A stretch of DNA of 64,000 nt, from NCBI GenBank assembly GCA_951406725.2, contig OX597818.1, positions 49,724,001-49,788,000 of the forward strand. The letters run 5' to 3'. The notes under the pieces were generated by a model. The model was not told the DNA's origin, searched no databases, and saw nothing but the letters and a program-made list of their open reading frames with translations. The translations under genes and the position numbers were made by a program. This document shows positions 1 to 12,076 of this stretch, in pieces. Origin of the DNA: Octopus vulgaris (lineage: Eukaryota). Numbering within the stretch: position 1 is the stretch's first letter; each line of letters begins with the position of its first letter.

Positions 1-385
1 ATAGAAACGTATCACCAGTATCAAAGCATAAAAAAGCATTCTAAATGCTCTGAAATCATCAGAACACTTGAATTTATCCAGCAAGTTCAACAGACCATTG
101 ATTACAATCCCAGAAAGTCCATGAGGTCAATTGTAAAAGATCTCCATTTGACAGAAGGAACAGTCAGAAATGTTGTTCATGAAGACATCAGATATAAGTC
201 TTATATGATGAGGAAAGGTCAATTTGTCAGAAAAAGCAAAAGAAAATCACTACATCAGATCTAAAAAGCTTTTAAACAAACTGAAAAATCCAGCAGAGGA
301 AGATTTGATTTGATTTTTCTCAAACAAGAAAAACTTTGACCAAGATCAAAAAATTAATAGAACTGACAGATGGTTATGTGTAGAC
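1..385 (+). pseudogene. Degraded Tc1/mariner-superfamily (DD37D/maT-like) transposase fragment
   Basis: Manual translation gives ...NPRKSMRSIVKDLHLTEGTVRNVVHEDIRYKSYMMRKGQF, then after a frameshift SKKLLNKLKNPAEEDLI*FFSNKKNFDQDQKINRTDRWLC. This is an HTH plus a decayed FSDEK catalytic motif, with a stop and a frameshift. Confidence 0.75.
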
Positions 386-574
386 AGCCAATGCTAGTGT
401 GTTTATGCCCCCATAACTTAGCGCTTCAGCAAAAGAGATGAATAGAATAAGTACTGGGCTTACAAAGAATAAGTCCTGGGGTTGATTTCTTCGACTAAAA
501 CCCCTTTAAGATGGTGCTACAGCATGACCACAGTCAAATGACTGAAACGAGTAAAAGAATATATATATATATGT

Positions 575-862
575 TACTGGCACTTGTGCCAGTGTGCAGG
601 CGACACGTAAAATTACAAAAAAAACCCGATTTTTTGTGGCCATTGCCAGTACCGCCTGACTGGCCCTCGTGCCAGAGTCACGTAAAAGCACCCACTACAC
701 TCTCAGAGTGGTTGGCATTAGGAAGGGCATCCAGCTGTAGAAACTCTGCCAGATCAAGATTGGAGCCTGGTGCAGCCATCTGGTTCACCAGTCCTCAGTC
801 AAAATCGTCCAACCCATGCTAGCATGGAAAGCGGACGTTAAACGATGATGATGATGATGATG
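575..862 (+). mobile_element. 5'-truncated RTE LINE 3' UTR copy ending in (GAT)n
   Basis: Contains the cacccactacactctc..ggaagggcatccagctgtagaaac..gttaaacgatgatgat tail shared by about 20 copies in the window. The copy at 16120-16780 links this tail to an RTE ORF C-terminus. Confidence 0.8.
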
Positions 863-1232
863 TATATATGTATATACATATAAGAAATTAAATGAAGAAC
901 AAAGGAATAAGAAACTATGCCATGAACTTCATTAGCTCACAGCTGTTTCTGTCATACAATCTAATGCACTCATAGTTGAGTGCTTGTGCATCACCCAGAC
1001 AGTCATTGGAGCTTTGAAAATGAAGTGCTATTTTATTTGAGAAATCATTTACATTTCTATATATATGAAGCTTTAGGGTGGTACACAACCCTATAAGTAC
1101 CTTGCATCTTATAGTAGAAACAGGTGTATGCCAATGAAGTTGATGACAATTTTTTATTCCCTGTCATTTATATAACTTATTACTGCTCTGTACTCAAATG
1201 ATATTATCTTTCTGAAACATAAGCATACTGGT

Positions 1233-1320
1233 GGAGGCACACGGCCTAGTGGTTAGAGTAGCAGACTTGCAGCTGAGGGATCACAGGTTCGAATCTCAGA
1301 CCGGGTGATACGTGTGTTTA
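1233..1320 (+). mobile_element. tRNA-derived SINE head (third family; relatives at about 11345-11425 -, 22500-22640 +, 29915-30140 +, 55216-55530 +)
   Basis: A-box-like cggcctagtgg and B-box ggttcgaatc are present. There is no complete cloverleaf, and dispersed diverged relatives exist. Confidence 0.6.
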
Positions 1321-1359
1321 TGCTCCAAGCATAACGGTCATTTTCATAGCATATTTTGA

Positions 1360-1434
1360 TTGCTTTGATAACTGAAGAGATGCTGGTGCAGATTTCCGCC
1401 CTGACATCTGAAACTCAGAGTTTTATCATGGCAA
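1360..1434 (+). ncRNA. Minimal type I hammerhead ribozyme candidate
   Basis: tgataa CTGAAGA gatg..catc t GAAAC tcaga GTT ttatca. Stem I is 6 bp plus a ttgc/gcaa extension, the core is intact, stem III is actc-a-gagt, and the triplet is GUU. Confidence 0.7.
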
Positions 1435-1627
1435 GCGAATAATTGTCACATATTATATTACAAATATATATATATATATATTTACAAAATAAATATAAGA
1501 TTATAATATATTATAAAATATTATAATAATCCAGGTTTCTCGGAGCACTAGGCCACTTGGTGTAGAATAGATATACTATTAAATTAGTATCTAATTCTCT
1601 CACCCTTATTAATTAATTATATATATA

Positions 1628-1659
<32 letters not shown>

Positions 1660-1858
1660 TTCCCTGTAAATTTGGATTTATTCCCTAATATTTATTATTA
1701 TTATATATATATATATATATGTAATATGTGCACATTATCAACCTCTCATATTGACCATTATTTGTACCATTGCCTTTTCCATACATTACTCTCTTCCACC
1801 ACACTTTTAGCATTCAACACCTTCCAGCATTATCATACACACATAGTATACACAGACA

Positions 1859-1897
<39 letters not shown>

Positions 1898-2478
1898 CTG
1901 GTACAGGCATGGTTGTGTGGTAAGAAGCTCCATACTTAAGCTCCATGCAGCTCTGGCAGAAGGTAACGACAAACTTCTGCTGATTCTTTCGCCACAATTT
2001 TCTCTTAATCTTTCCTCCTGCATCTAGCAGCTCACCTCCGACAGACCCGCGTCCCATCCAGATAGGGAACCTACGCGCCAATGATACCAGGCAACCACAA
2101 CAAACAACATATACACACTGACTTCTAACACCAGGTTATTAGTATCACTATGCTCCCACTGTCCTTTCAAAATCTTGTGAACTTCCCTGCCTTCTCTAGT
2201 CCCCAGTCCACCCCACTGTATATATCTCCCTGTAATTTGGGTGTACCATGTCTGTCCCCTTCCCAATCACATCTTCACCATCTTTCTCTTCCCTCTCTCT
2301 CCCTATCTGAGATAGCCATGTTTCTCTTCTAATGCAAAACACCTTCTCTGTCCCACAATACTACTCCACCCCTAGTTGAGGGCTCTTGTCCTGCAAGTTA
2401 CTTGGTGACCTTACTGTTGCTGGTACCATGTAAAAAGCACCCTGTACAGAAGGTACAATAGTCGGCATTAGGAAGGAC

Positions 2479-2797
2479 TGGCAGAATCGTTAGCACGCCG
2501 GGTGAAATGCGTAGCCGTATTTCGTCTGCCATTACGTTCTGAGTTCAAATTCCACCGAGGTCAACTTTGCCTTTCATCCTTTCGGGGTCGATAAATTAAG
2601 TAGTAAAGAAATAGGTATTTCGTCTGCCGTTACGTTCTGAGTTCAAATTCCGCTGAGGTCGACTTTGCCTTTCATCCTTTCGGGGTTGATAAATTAAGTA
2701 CCAGTTACGCACTGGGGTCGATATAATCGACTTAATTCATTTGTCTGTCCTTGTTTGTCCCCTCTGTGTTTAGCCCCTTGTGGGTAATAAAGAAATA
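2479..2797 (+). mobile_element. tRNA-headed SINE with Meta/Nin-like central domain, inserted into an RTE 3' UTR
   Basis: The gcctttcatcctttcggggtcgataaattaagtacc core is duplicated internally. A 15-bp TSD ggcattaggaaggac lies at 2464-2478 and 2798-2812. Confidence 0.8.
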
Positions 2798-3353
2798 GGC
2801 ATTAGGAAGGACATCAAGCTGTAGAAAGCCACGCTAAAACACAGCAAAGCTAGGTGCAACCTTCTGACTTGCCAGTTGCTGTCAAACTGTCCTATCATGC
2901 CAGCATGGAAAACAGACATTAAATGAGGATGATGATGGTGATGATGATAATACATACATCTACACACACACACACACAACACACACACACACACACACAG
3001 AGTAGTCTATTACATTACATTCATTATTTATTTATTTCTTGATAACACTTTGTTTTCTGAAGTGTTGGACGGTTTTGCTGTGTTGCTGCGCCCTGACCAT
3101 TGACACACTTTCACTCCATCTCAGTAGAATTGTGTCATTGATAGGGGTGTGGTGGAGAGATAAAAGGCTTTTGGTGCTTAATGGTGGACAATGCTACAAG
3201 GAAATGCATGAGAGGTGACAGTAACAGATATTTATGGTCTTAAATGGCAAAAATGACTCATTCAAATTACTCTTCCTTGATGAAATGCTGTCCATATATC
3301 TATATATATATATATATATTATCTATCTATCTATCTATCTATCTGTCTGTCTT

Positions 3354-3391
<38 letters not shown>

Positions 3392-3433
3392 AATCTATCT
3401 TTCTATCTATCTATCTATCCAACTATCTATCTA

Positions 3434-3467
<34 letters not shown>

Positions 3468-3786
3468 GATCTGTCTGCCTGCCTGCCTGTCTGTGTTTGT
3501 GTGAATTTGTGTATCATGACAACAACAGAGGAAAGTGAGTAGTGACTGTCAGTACAAAATTGGTGATATGAAATAGTTAGTTGTAACAGGCAGGTTCTTG
3601 TTTCCTTACTTTCCAGAGCAGAATAATACACTAGATAGGAGAATTATGGAAGGTGTTGAATGGTGGGGTTAAATGCTAAAAGTGTGGTGGGAGAGAGTTA
3701 ATGTATGGAAAAGGCAATGGTACAAATAATGGTCAATATGAGAGGTTGATAATGTGCACATATTACACATATATATATATATATAC

Positions 3787-3838
3787 AATAATAATAATAA
3801 TAATAATAAATAATATAATAATAAGATAAATAATAATA

Positions 3839-3915
<77 letters not shown>

Positions 3916-3941
3916 GTAATAATAATAATAATAATAATAAT

Positions 3942-3995
<54 letters not shown>
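3787..3995. repeat. (AAT)n microsatellite; expanded 3' tail of the adjacent CR1-group LINE fragment
   Basis: About 70 AAT units abut gaaattattgtatac, the 3' end of the element at 3996-4420. Confidence 0.9.
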
Positions 3996-3997
<2 letters not shown>

Positions 3998-4420
3998 AAT
4001 TATTGTATACACCTGTCTGGAAAGCAAACAGTGTATGAGTCAGATACATGCTTGCTTGTGTATGGAGGGGAGAAAATCAGGTGTAGTGTTGGCGAATCTC
4101 AGGAAGCATGGAAGTTTTGAAGGATGCAGTGCTCCGACAACTAACAACTGATGCCGGCAGTTTGTTCCATGCTTCAGCAACTCTCAGCGTGAAAAATTGT
4201 TTTCGAAAGTCATGGGAGCTGTGCTGTTTTCTGACTTTGTAAACATGTCCACAGATGGAGTTTGAAAAGGTGCTCAGAGTTGTTGTTAGTAAGATGGTTA
4301 ATAATTTTATGGGTGTCTACCAAGTCAGCTGCCAGACATCGGAGTTTCAATGGGTCCATGCCCAGGGAAGTAAGGCATTCAGAATATGGCAAATGCCTGA
4401 TGGAGGGTATTCTCTTGGTA
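3996..4420 (-). mobile_element. CR1-group LINE 3' fragment
   Basis: Translation PYSECLTSLGMDPLKLRCLAADLVDTHKIINHL. The same family occurs at 18560-19065, 21355-22300, 34975-35330 and 51080-51495. Confidence 0.75.
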
Positions 4421-4875
4421 TTCTCTCTCTCTCTCTAGTTAATTTAGATAGGATACAAATTATATGAGAATGAGTGCTCAACACTGCATTGGTGGATAAA
4501 GTTTCTTTATTTGTGTATTAAGGCTACCATTGGTTTCATGCTAAGAAAAAGATATCTTAATATCTTAACAATTATTCCTCCATGTGATCGGCTTGGATAA
4601 TTGTTAAGATACTAAGATATTCTTTCATAACCTGAAACCAATGGTAGCCTTAATACACACACACACATACACACACACATCACTATCTTCATCATCGTCA
4701 TCGTTGTATCCACACTTCCATGGTGGCATGGGTCAGAAATATTATTTGAAGCATTTTCTTTTTCTTTTTATGACAAGATGCTTTTCCTAATACCAACCTT
4801 TTTACTTGCCTCTTATGAGGTAAGGACACTGTGTACTCTTCCTAAATCTGGAATGTTATACAACACACACACATG

Positions 4876-4909
<34 letters not shown>

Positions 4910-5299
4910 CACATATATTCCTCTACATACACACACACATATACATAAACATACACTCAAATTAAAATCCATAAATGATAGCATTAAATACCGGAATATT
5001 TATGAATATATCTAAAGTGAATATGAGAAAGTACTGTTATTGCCAAGAACACAAAAGACGTGAGGAATCAGACAGAAAAATATTTTTAATGTCTTCACTG
5101 TGGAAGGAATGACTTAATTTTTCAATTAAAGCTTTGTTTGGCAAAAAAGTGGAAAGGTTGTGTAGCTCTAAACAACAGAGTCTCCATTGTAAAACAACTT
5201 TCGAGCATTCAAGGAAGAAATCGAGGGATAATAGAGGCGGTGTTCTTTGACACTTTTTAAAGAAATAAATGGATCTTAAGAAAACTGGTCCCTTTTACT

Positions 5300-6410
5300 G
5301 GTATGAAAACAGACTCACACACACATACTCACTCACTCACTCATACACATACTCACACATGCATACATACATACAGTCATAAACAGATTCACACACATAT
5401 GCATACACACTCACCCACACAGAATATGCATGTAAATCTACTATTCACAAATAGACATACACACATACATACAAATATGCATACTCACGTATGATATACA
5501 TACACAAATATTCATACATAAATGCATGCTAACAAATGTACACATAAATTAAACCAGTCATATACACTCACAGTCACACAAACTCATATACGTACATACA
5601 TACATACATACGATATATACATACATACACATACATACATACACACACACACATACATACATACATACATACATGCATGCATGCATACATACATACATAC
5701 ATACATACATACATACATGCATGCATGCATACATACATACACACATACACACATACATACATGCATACATACATACATACACACACACACATACACACAC
5801 ACATACATACATACATACATACATACGTACGTACGTACATACATACATACATACTCGCACATATTCACACACATACACCACATTCATGCTCATATATTCA
5901 CATACGTTTGTACACAAATTCACGTGTACGCGCACATACATGCATACATACATACATACATACATACATACATACATACATACATACACACACAATAAGA
6001 CATTCACGTAATTAAATACGTGCACATATGTTCACATACGCTCACACGTTCCCCCCATATCCACACACACACACTCAATTTTCGCACACGTACAACAGAA
6101 CATTTTCACACACACACACACACACACATATACACATATATAACTACGCCCCCATACACGCATATACGTGCATGTACTCAAATTCACAACTCCCTCATAC
6201 ACACATCCACAAGCTATAGACACACCCACACATCATCAAACTCCTATACGCATATTACAAGGCTTCACATTAACCCAAATACACACAGATACATATTCCA
6301 CATGAACAAAAATATTCAAAAGCAGAAAGAAAAAAAAAACCGCGCACACATACACACAAACATATACACATAAACAGTGAACGAAACTCATATATACACA
6401 CACAAAGTGC
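5300..6410. repeat. Compound (TACA)n/(CA)n microsatellite tract
   Basis: Direct inspection; it explains the HTYI/MYVC low-complexity ORFs. Confidence 0.95.
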
Positions 6411-6796
6411 AAAGCCAAGATATTTAATGAAATAGCTCTGAGTCACATTGCTATTTTGCAGCTAATAAAAGAGCCAAAAAGTTTAAAGACTCGCTGACAG
6501 TTTTATAATAAAGAGATCTGCCATAGAAGAAAGACTTGTCGTCTTCAATGGGTGTGTTAAGGGTTTGTTGTTCGTGTTGTGTTTTTGAAGTCTCGTGTAT
6601 GGCTGGTGTTAAGAGGTAGTTCTTTACGGAAAGAGTTGGGGCAAACAAATGAACTTCTTTATCGTATAGCTTTAATGGTTTCAGATGAAATGGAGAACGA
6701 TTTTCTTACACTCAAACTAAGCTGTCAGGAATTTACAAAGTATATATTTTGTTACACGTATGTACATGGGAAATCCCGAGTTGTATAGAAAAAAGA

Positions 6797-6974
6797 TACA
6801 TACATACATACGTACGTACATACATACATACATACATACATACATACATTCATGTATGCATACATACACACACACATACATACATATATACATACATACA
6901 TACAACATGCATGCATGCATACATACATGCATACATACATACATATACACACACACATACATGCATGCATGGAC

Positions 6975-7005
<31 letters not shown>

Positions 7006-7134
7006 CACACACACATACATGCATACATGCATGCATGCATACATACAACATGCATGCATGCATACATACATACATGCATACATACATACATACATACATA
7101 CATACATACATACATACATACATACATACATACA
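6797..7134. repeat. (TACA)n microsatellite
   Basis: Direct inspection. Confidence 0.95.
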
Positions 7135-7398
7135 CCAGTAATAATTGGAGCATTAAGTTTTGTTAGTAAATGCTTAAAGGAAAACCTGGATAAACTGGGA
7201 TTTTCAGAAAGAGAAATCGACCGGCTAATTCGTACATTACAAATGCAATCTGTAAGTGGAACAGTAAAAATATGCAAGACTTTTCTCAAGTTCCAAATGT
7301 GAATTTGTGTCAACTACATCCCAAAAACGGAGCCTTGTATCTTTGTTGGAAACAGGCTTCCTCCTCAGTGGAAAACTTATAATAAGATACATACATAC
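7135..7398 (+). mobile_element. 3' end of an R4/Dong-like (restriction-like endonuclease) non-LTR retrotransposon
   Basis: PVIIGALSFVSKCLKENLDKLGFSEREIDRLIRTLQMQSVSGTVKICKTFLKFQM* (stop 7300-7302) resembles the R4/Dong C-terminus (PxxIGALG..LQ..GT.KI..FL). A short UTR is followed by (TACA)n. Confidence 0.6.
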
Positions 7399-7913
7399 AA
7401 ATATATAGCTATATATATAAAATTATAAATTAGGATATCTGAGAGATACCACCATGCTGAAATAGCAGTCAAAACCTCTGGTGCTATATAAACATTGTAT
7501 GTGGCTTTAGAGTCAGGTTTTGACTGCTATTTCAGCATGGTGGTATCTCTCAGAGACCCTAATTTATAATTTTAAATAATTATTACCTTTGTAGGGTTTT
7601 TATTCCCATGCTGACCACTTGATAAGATCGATATTTAAATATCGATCTTATCCTTATTTATAAATAGCTATATATATATATATATATATATACACCGTTT
7701 TGAAGTGCTAAGTTGAAAGAATTGCCCTCCAGTATTTATTTCTTGGGATCCATTTCTTGTACCTACTCTATCGGTTTCCTTAGCTGAACCGCTAAGTTAT
7801 TGGAACGTAAGCGTAAACAAGCAAACACCGGTTATAATATGAATGAATTTGTATGTGAACGTGTATGTGTGTGTCTGTGTGTACATACATGGATATATAG
7901 ATATACTGATATA

Positions 7914-8100
7914 CCAGTGGTAGAGTAATATGCTTTATTTTAAGCAGCAGAAAATTCAACAAAATCTGTTACTCTGAGTTTCTCGTTGCCGTTCATCAGA
8001 CAGTTTTTGCTAGTTTTTTCTAGCAAAAACTGTCTGATGAACGGCAACGAGAAACTCAGAGTAACAGATTTTGTTGAATTTTCTGCTGCTTAAAATAAAG
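7914..8100. mobile_element. Palindromic Penelope-terminus-like insertion carrying a hammerhead motif on each strand
   Basis: Perfect 81-bp inverted arms at 7933-8013 and 8020-8100 with a T6 spacer. A 14-bp TSD gatatactgatata lies at 7900-7913 and 8101-8114. ctgt CTGATGA acggcaacga GAAAC tcaga GTA acag lies at 8030-8067. Confidence 0.75.
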
Positions 8101-8257
8101 GATATACTGATATATACAGACAGCTATACAAAATATAGATTCATTTATCATCATCACCATTGACATAGTTTTACGTCCGTTTTCCATTGTTGCCATGGGA
8201 TAGACGAGTTGCCAGGATCTAAGGCAATCCATATAGGAAATTACCGCTCTTCACACA

Positions 8258-8490
8258 CATGTATGTATGTATGTATGTATGTATGTATGTATGTGTGTGT
8301 ATGTATGTATGTATGTATGTATGTATGTATGTATGTGTGTATGTATGTGTGTATGTATGTATGAATGTATGTATGTATGTTTGTATGTATGTATGTATGT
8401 ATGTATGTGTGTATGTATGTATGAATGTATGTATGTATGTACGTACGTATGTATGTATGTTCAGAGATATTGAGATACTTGGTAAGAAAT

Positions 8491-8569
<79 letters not shown>

Positions 8570-8583
8570 AACACACACACAAA

Positions 8584-8650
<67 letters not shown>

Positions 8651-8692
8651 ACACAAACACACACACACACACACAAACACACACAAACACAA

Positions 8693-8723
<31 letters not shown>

Positions 8724-8763
8724 AACACACACACACAAACACACACAAACACACACACACACA
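8258..8763. repeat. (TATG)n followed by (CA)n microsatellites
   Basis: Direct inspection. Confidence 0.95.
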
Positions 8764-9183
8764 CCACAGAAGGCGGGTGTGAATGAAAGTGTCCGCTTGT
8801 GTAACTGTGACTGTATTCACGAGTAGTGCGTGAGCGTGGGAGTGAGTAAAGTATAAAGTGGTGATGAAGAGAGAGAGGGAGTGTGTGTGTAAAAGACAGA
8901 AAAAGAAATGGAGATAGGAGGAGGAAGGGGAGGAGAGAGAGAGAGAGAGCAAAGCGATAGAGACAGAACAAGTGAATAAAAAACAGTGAAAGAATAATAA
9001 AGAAGAGAAGAGAGAGTGAGAGCGGTATAAAAAATGGAGGAGAGAAAGGGGAAAGGGGAAGGTATAAAAACAGAGTGAAAGAGAGAGAGTATGAAGCTGA
9101 GAGTTCGTGCGTGCTTCTGATAAAAACAAGAAGAAAAAGACAGAGTGAATGATAAGAGAGAGAAGAGAGAAAAAGGGTAACAA

Positions 9184-9216
<33 letters not shown>

Positions 9217-9769
9217 AAACAGAGTCTTAGTGATAAAGGCAGAAAGAGAAAATGATAGAGAGAAGGGTAAACAGATGGATGAGGTGAAGGAGGAGGAGGA
9301 GGGGGTCATGCAGAGACTAAATATGAAATTGTACAAGTTTCTAATTTTGGCACAAGGCCAGCAATTTTTAGGAGAGAGGATTACATCAACCCCTGTGCTT
9401 AACTTGTACTTATTTTATCGACCCCCTAATGTATGCTTTAAGATCAAATTCACTCACAAGGCTTTGGACAATCTGGGACTATACTGGAAGACACTTGCCC
9501 AAGGTGCCATACAATGGGATTGAACCTGGAACCACCTGATTCAGTTAGTGAGATTAAAAATTTCACACAGTTTACTGAAGTCTCTATGGTGTAGTATTTT
9601 TCTTTTCTTTTGTCTTTTTTTTTTCTTTCTTTCTTGTGATTTTATTCTAAACAAGGTATGAATTCACTTTTGTGAATTAAGAAGACCTTTTAGTCCCACC
9701 TTGTTGAGGCCATGACATAGATTCAGATATAAGAACTGGAAAATATAGGAATTCCCACAGTTATCCAGT

Positions 9770-11195
9770 AGCTTAGTAGATAAAGCAATTAAGGATGTGA
9801 AGACAGGGAAAGCCTCTGGCCCATCAGGTGTCACTCCAGTGCCTATTAACCCTTTCGTTACTGTATTTATTTTGAGATGCTCTGTTTCTTTCAATTACTT
9901 GAAATATAACAAAGAATTTAGTAAAATAACTTCGTTATCATTCAGTTAGTGTTAGGAACATAAATTGTGACTAAGGTTTGCTGGAAGATTTTAATTCAAA
10001 CTTATGAAAACAAGACATTTGTTCTACAGAGCCAGAGCCGTTTTCAGCCGGGTTGGTAACGAAAGGGTTAAAATGCCTGGCAGTGTGGGATATGACCTGG
10101 TCACCCATACAGTTAATCAGGTTGTCTACGAGGAAGTCATACCCAGTGATTGGTGTAGCAGCATTATAGTCGAGTGCTACAAAGGCAAAGGTGATGCCCT
10201 AGGCAGAAAAAATTACAGGGCATCAAATTGCTGGACCAGGTGATGAAAATTACAGAAAGGGTCGTAGCTTAATTAATTAGGAAGAGAGTTAGTGTAGATG
10301 AGATGCTGTTTGGATTTGTACTGAGAAGAACTACTGATACTATTTGCCTGGTGAAATACTTGGCCAAAAATGAACCTCTATATTTGGCTTTTGTTGACAT
10401 GGAGAAAGCCTTTGGCAAGATCCCCTGCTCCCTTATCTGGTGAGCAATGTGAAAGTTAGGGATAAATGAATGGTTTGTGAGAGCTGTACAAGCCATGTAC
10501 AGGGATGCTGTTAGTGAGGTGAGAATTTTTAATGAGTATAGGAAGGAGTTTAGTGTACAAGCAGGAGTCCACCAGGGTTCAGTTCTTAACCCCCTCTTAT
10601 TTATCAAATTCCTCCTAACTATAACTGAGGAATTTAAAACTGGCTGCCCTTGAGAGCTCCTCTATGCCAATGACTTTGTTCTTATTGCTGAATCACTACC
10701 AGAACTAAAGAAGAAATTTCAGGTATGGAAGCATGGACTGGAATCAAAGTATTGAAAAGTAGGGGAACAGACAAATCCCAGATTCCTTCAGGAAGATGGC
10801 CCCGCTTGATATGTAGAAAAGGTGTTGGGAGAAACTCCATAAGATGTACCCAGTGCAAGCTATGGACACATAAGAGGTACAGTAGTATCACTGGAAAACT
10901 AACAGAAAAAGTAGTCTTTATATGTGGCAGATGTGCAGGTTCATTAAACACCAGGAATGTACAAAATATAAACTCTCTCATTTGTCAAGAGGGATCTTTA
11001 GAAGTAGTAGACAGTTTCCATTATCTTGGTGACCAATTTAGTAGTCTGGGAGGTTGTTCCGAAAGCATAGCTATTAGAATAAGAATAGGCTGGGCTAAGT
11101 TCAGAGAGCTACTACCTCTGTTAGTAACAAAGGGTCTCTTCCTCAGAGTGAAAGGCAGACTGAATGATACTGTGTATAAACAGCTATGGTACATG
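9770..11195 (+). mobile_element. Degraded RTE-clade LINE reverse transcriptase fragment
   Basis: Frameshifted pieces include KTGKASGPSG, IPSDWCSSIIVECYKGKGDAL..NYR, AFVDMEKAF, GVHQGSVL, LYANDFVL, C-x2-C SIRCTQCKLWTHKR and FHYLGD..RIRIGWAKFRELLPLL. Confidence 0.85.
9850..10067. mobile_element. piggyBac-type MITE nested in the RTE fragment
   Basis: TTAA on both flanks (9846-9849, 10068-10071) and TIR ccctttcgttac/gtaacgaaaggg. A second copy lies at 56116-56337. Confidence 0.85.
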
Positions 11196-11432
11196 GTAAT
11201 GACATGCATACTGGCCTCCTCTCTCCACACCACCAGTGTTATCCAAGGGAATGGTAAAGGCTGACACAGCTTGGCACCAGTGATGTCACAACTCATTTCT
11301 ACAGCTGAGTTAAGGTGGAGCAACGTGAAATAAAATGTCTTGCTCAAGAACACAACACGCAGCCCGGTCCGGGATTCGAACTCACAACTTCACGATTGTA
11401 ATCTCGACACTCTAACCACTGAGCCATATGCA

Positions 11433-11465
<33 letters not shown>

Positions 11466-11467
11466 CG

Positions 11468-11672
11468 CGGGCATGGCTGTGTGGTTAAGGAGCTTGCTTC
11501 CTAGCTACATGGTTTCGGGTTCAGTCCCACTGCGTGGCACTTTGGGTCTTCCACTATAGCCCTGAGCCGACTGAAGCTTTGTGATTGAATTCGGTAGGCA
11601 GAAGTTACTGCCGTGTGTGTATGTGTGCGTATAGCTGCTCAGTGCCTCTCCGAAAGAGAGAGAGGGATATGT

Positions 11673-11724
<52 letters not shown>

Positions 11725-11936
11725 TGTGTCTATGTTTGTCCCCCCACCACCACCATCACTTGACAACTGATGTTGGTGTGTTCATGTCCCCATAACTCAG
11801 CGGTTCGGCAAAAGAGACCGATAGAATAAGTACTAGGCTTACAAAGAATAAGTCCTGGGGTCGATTTACTCAACTAAAGGCGGTGCTCCAGCATGGCCAC
11901 AGTCAAATGACTGAAACAAATAAAAGAATAAAAGAA
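11468..11936 (+). mobile_element. tRNA-headed CORE-like SINE with internal (TA)/(TG) microsatellite
   Basis: A-box-like tggctgtgtgg, B-box-like ggttcagtccc, and a 3' block ending ggtgctccagcatggccacagtcaaatgactgaaac. There are more than 12 copies in the window. Confidence 0.8.
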
Positions 11937-11943
11937 AAAAAGA

Positions 11944-11978
<35 letters not shown>

Positions 11979-12036
11979 TATATATATATACAAATATACA
12001 TATATTGTGTGTGTATATATATAAATATACTTATAT

Positions 12037-12076
<40 letters not shown>

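Noticed and set aside
1233-1310. tRNA-like sequences here and at about 11345-11425, 55216-55290 and the heads of other SINEs
   Set aside because: They have A/B boxes but no complete cloverleaf and continue into repeat bodies, so they are SINE heads.
7500-7573. Minus-strand ctgagaga..gaaatagcagtc as a hammerhead
   Set aside because: The core does not fit CUGANGA, and stems I and II are unconvincing.
5303-9336. Many long ORFs rich in HTYI/MYVC/CV/poly-I
   Set aside because: They are translations of stop-free microsatellites, not genes.
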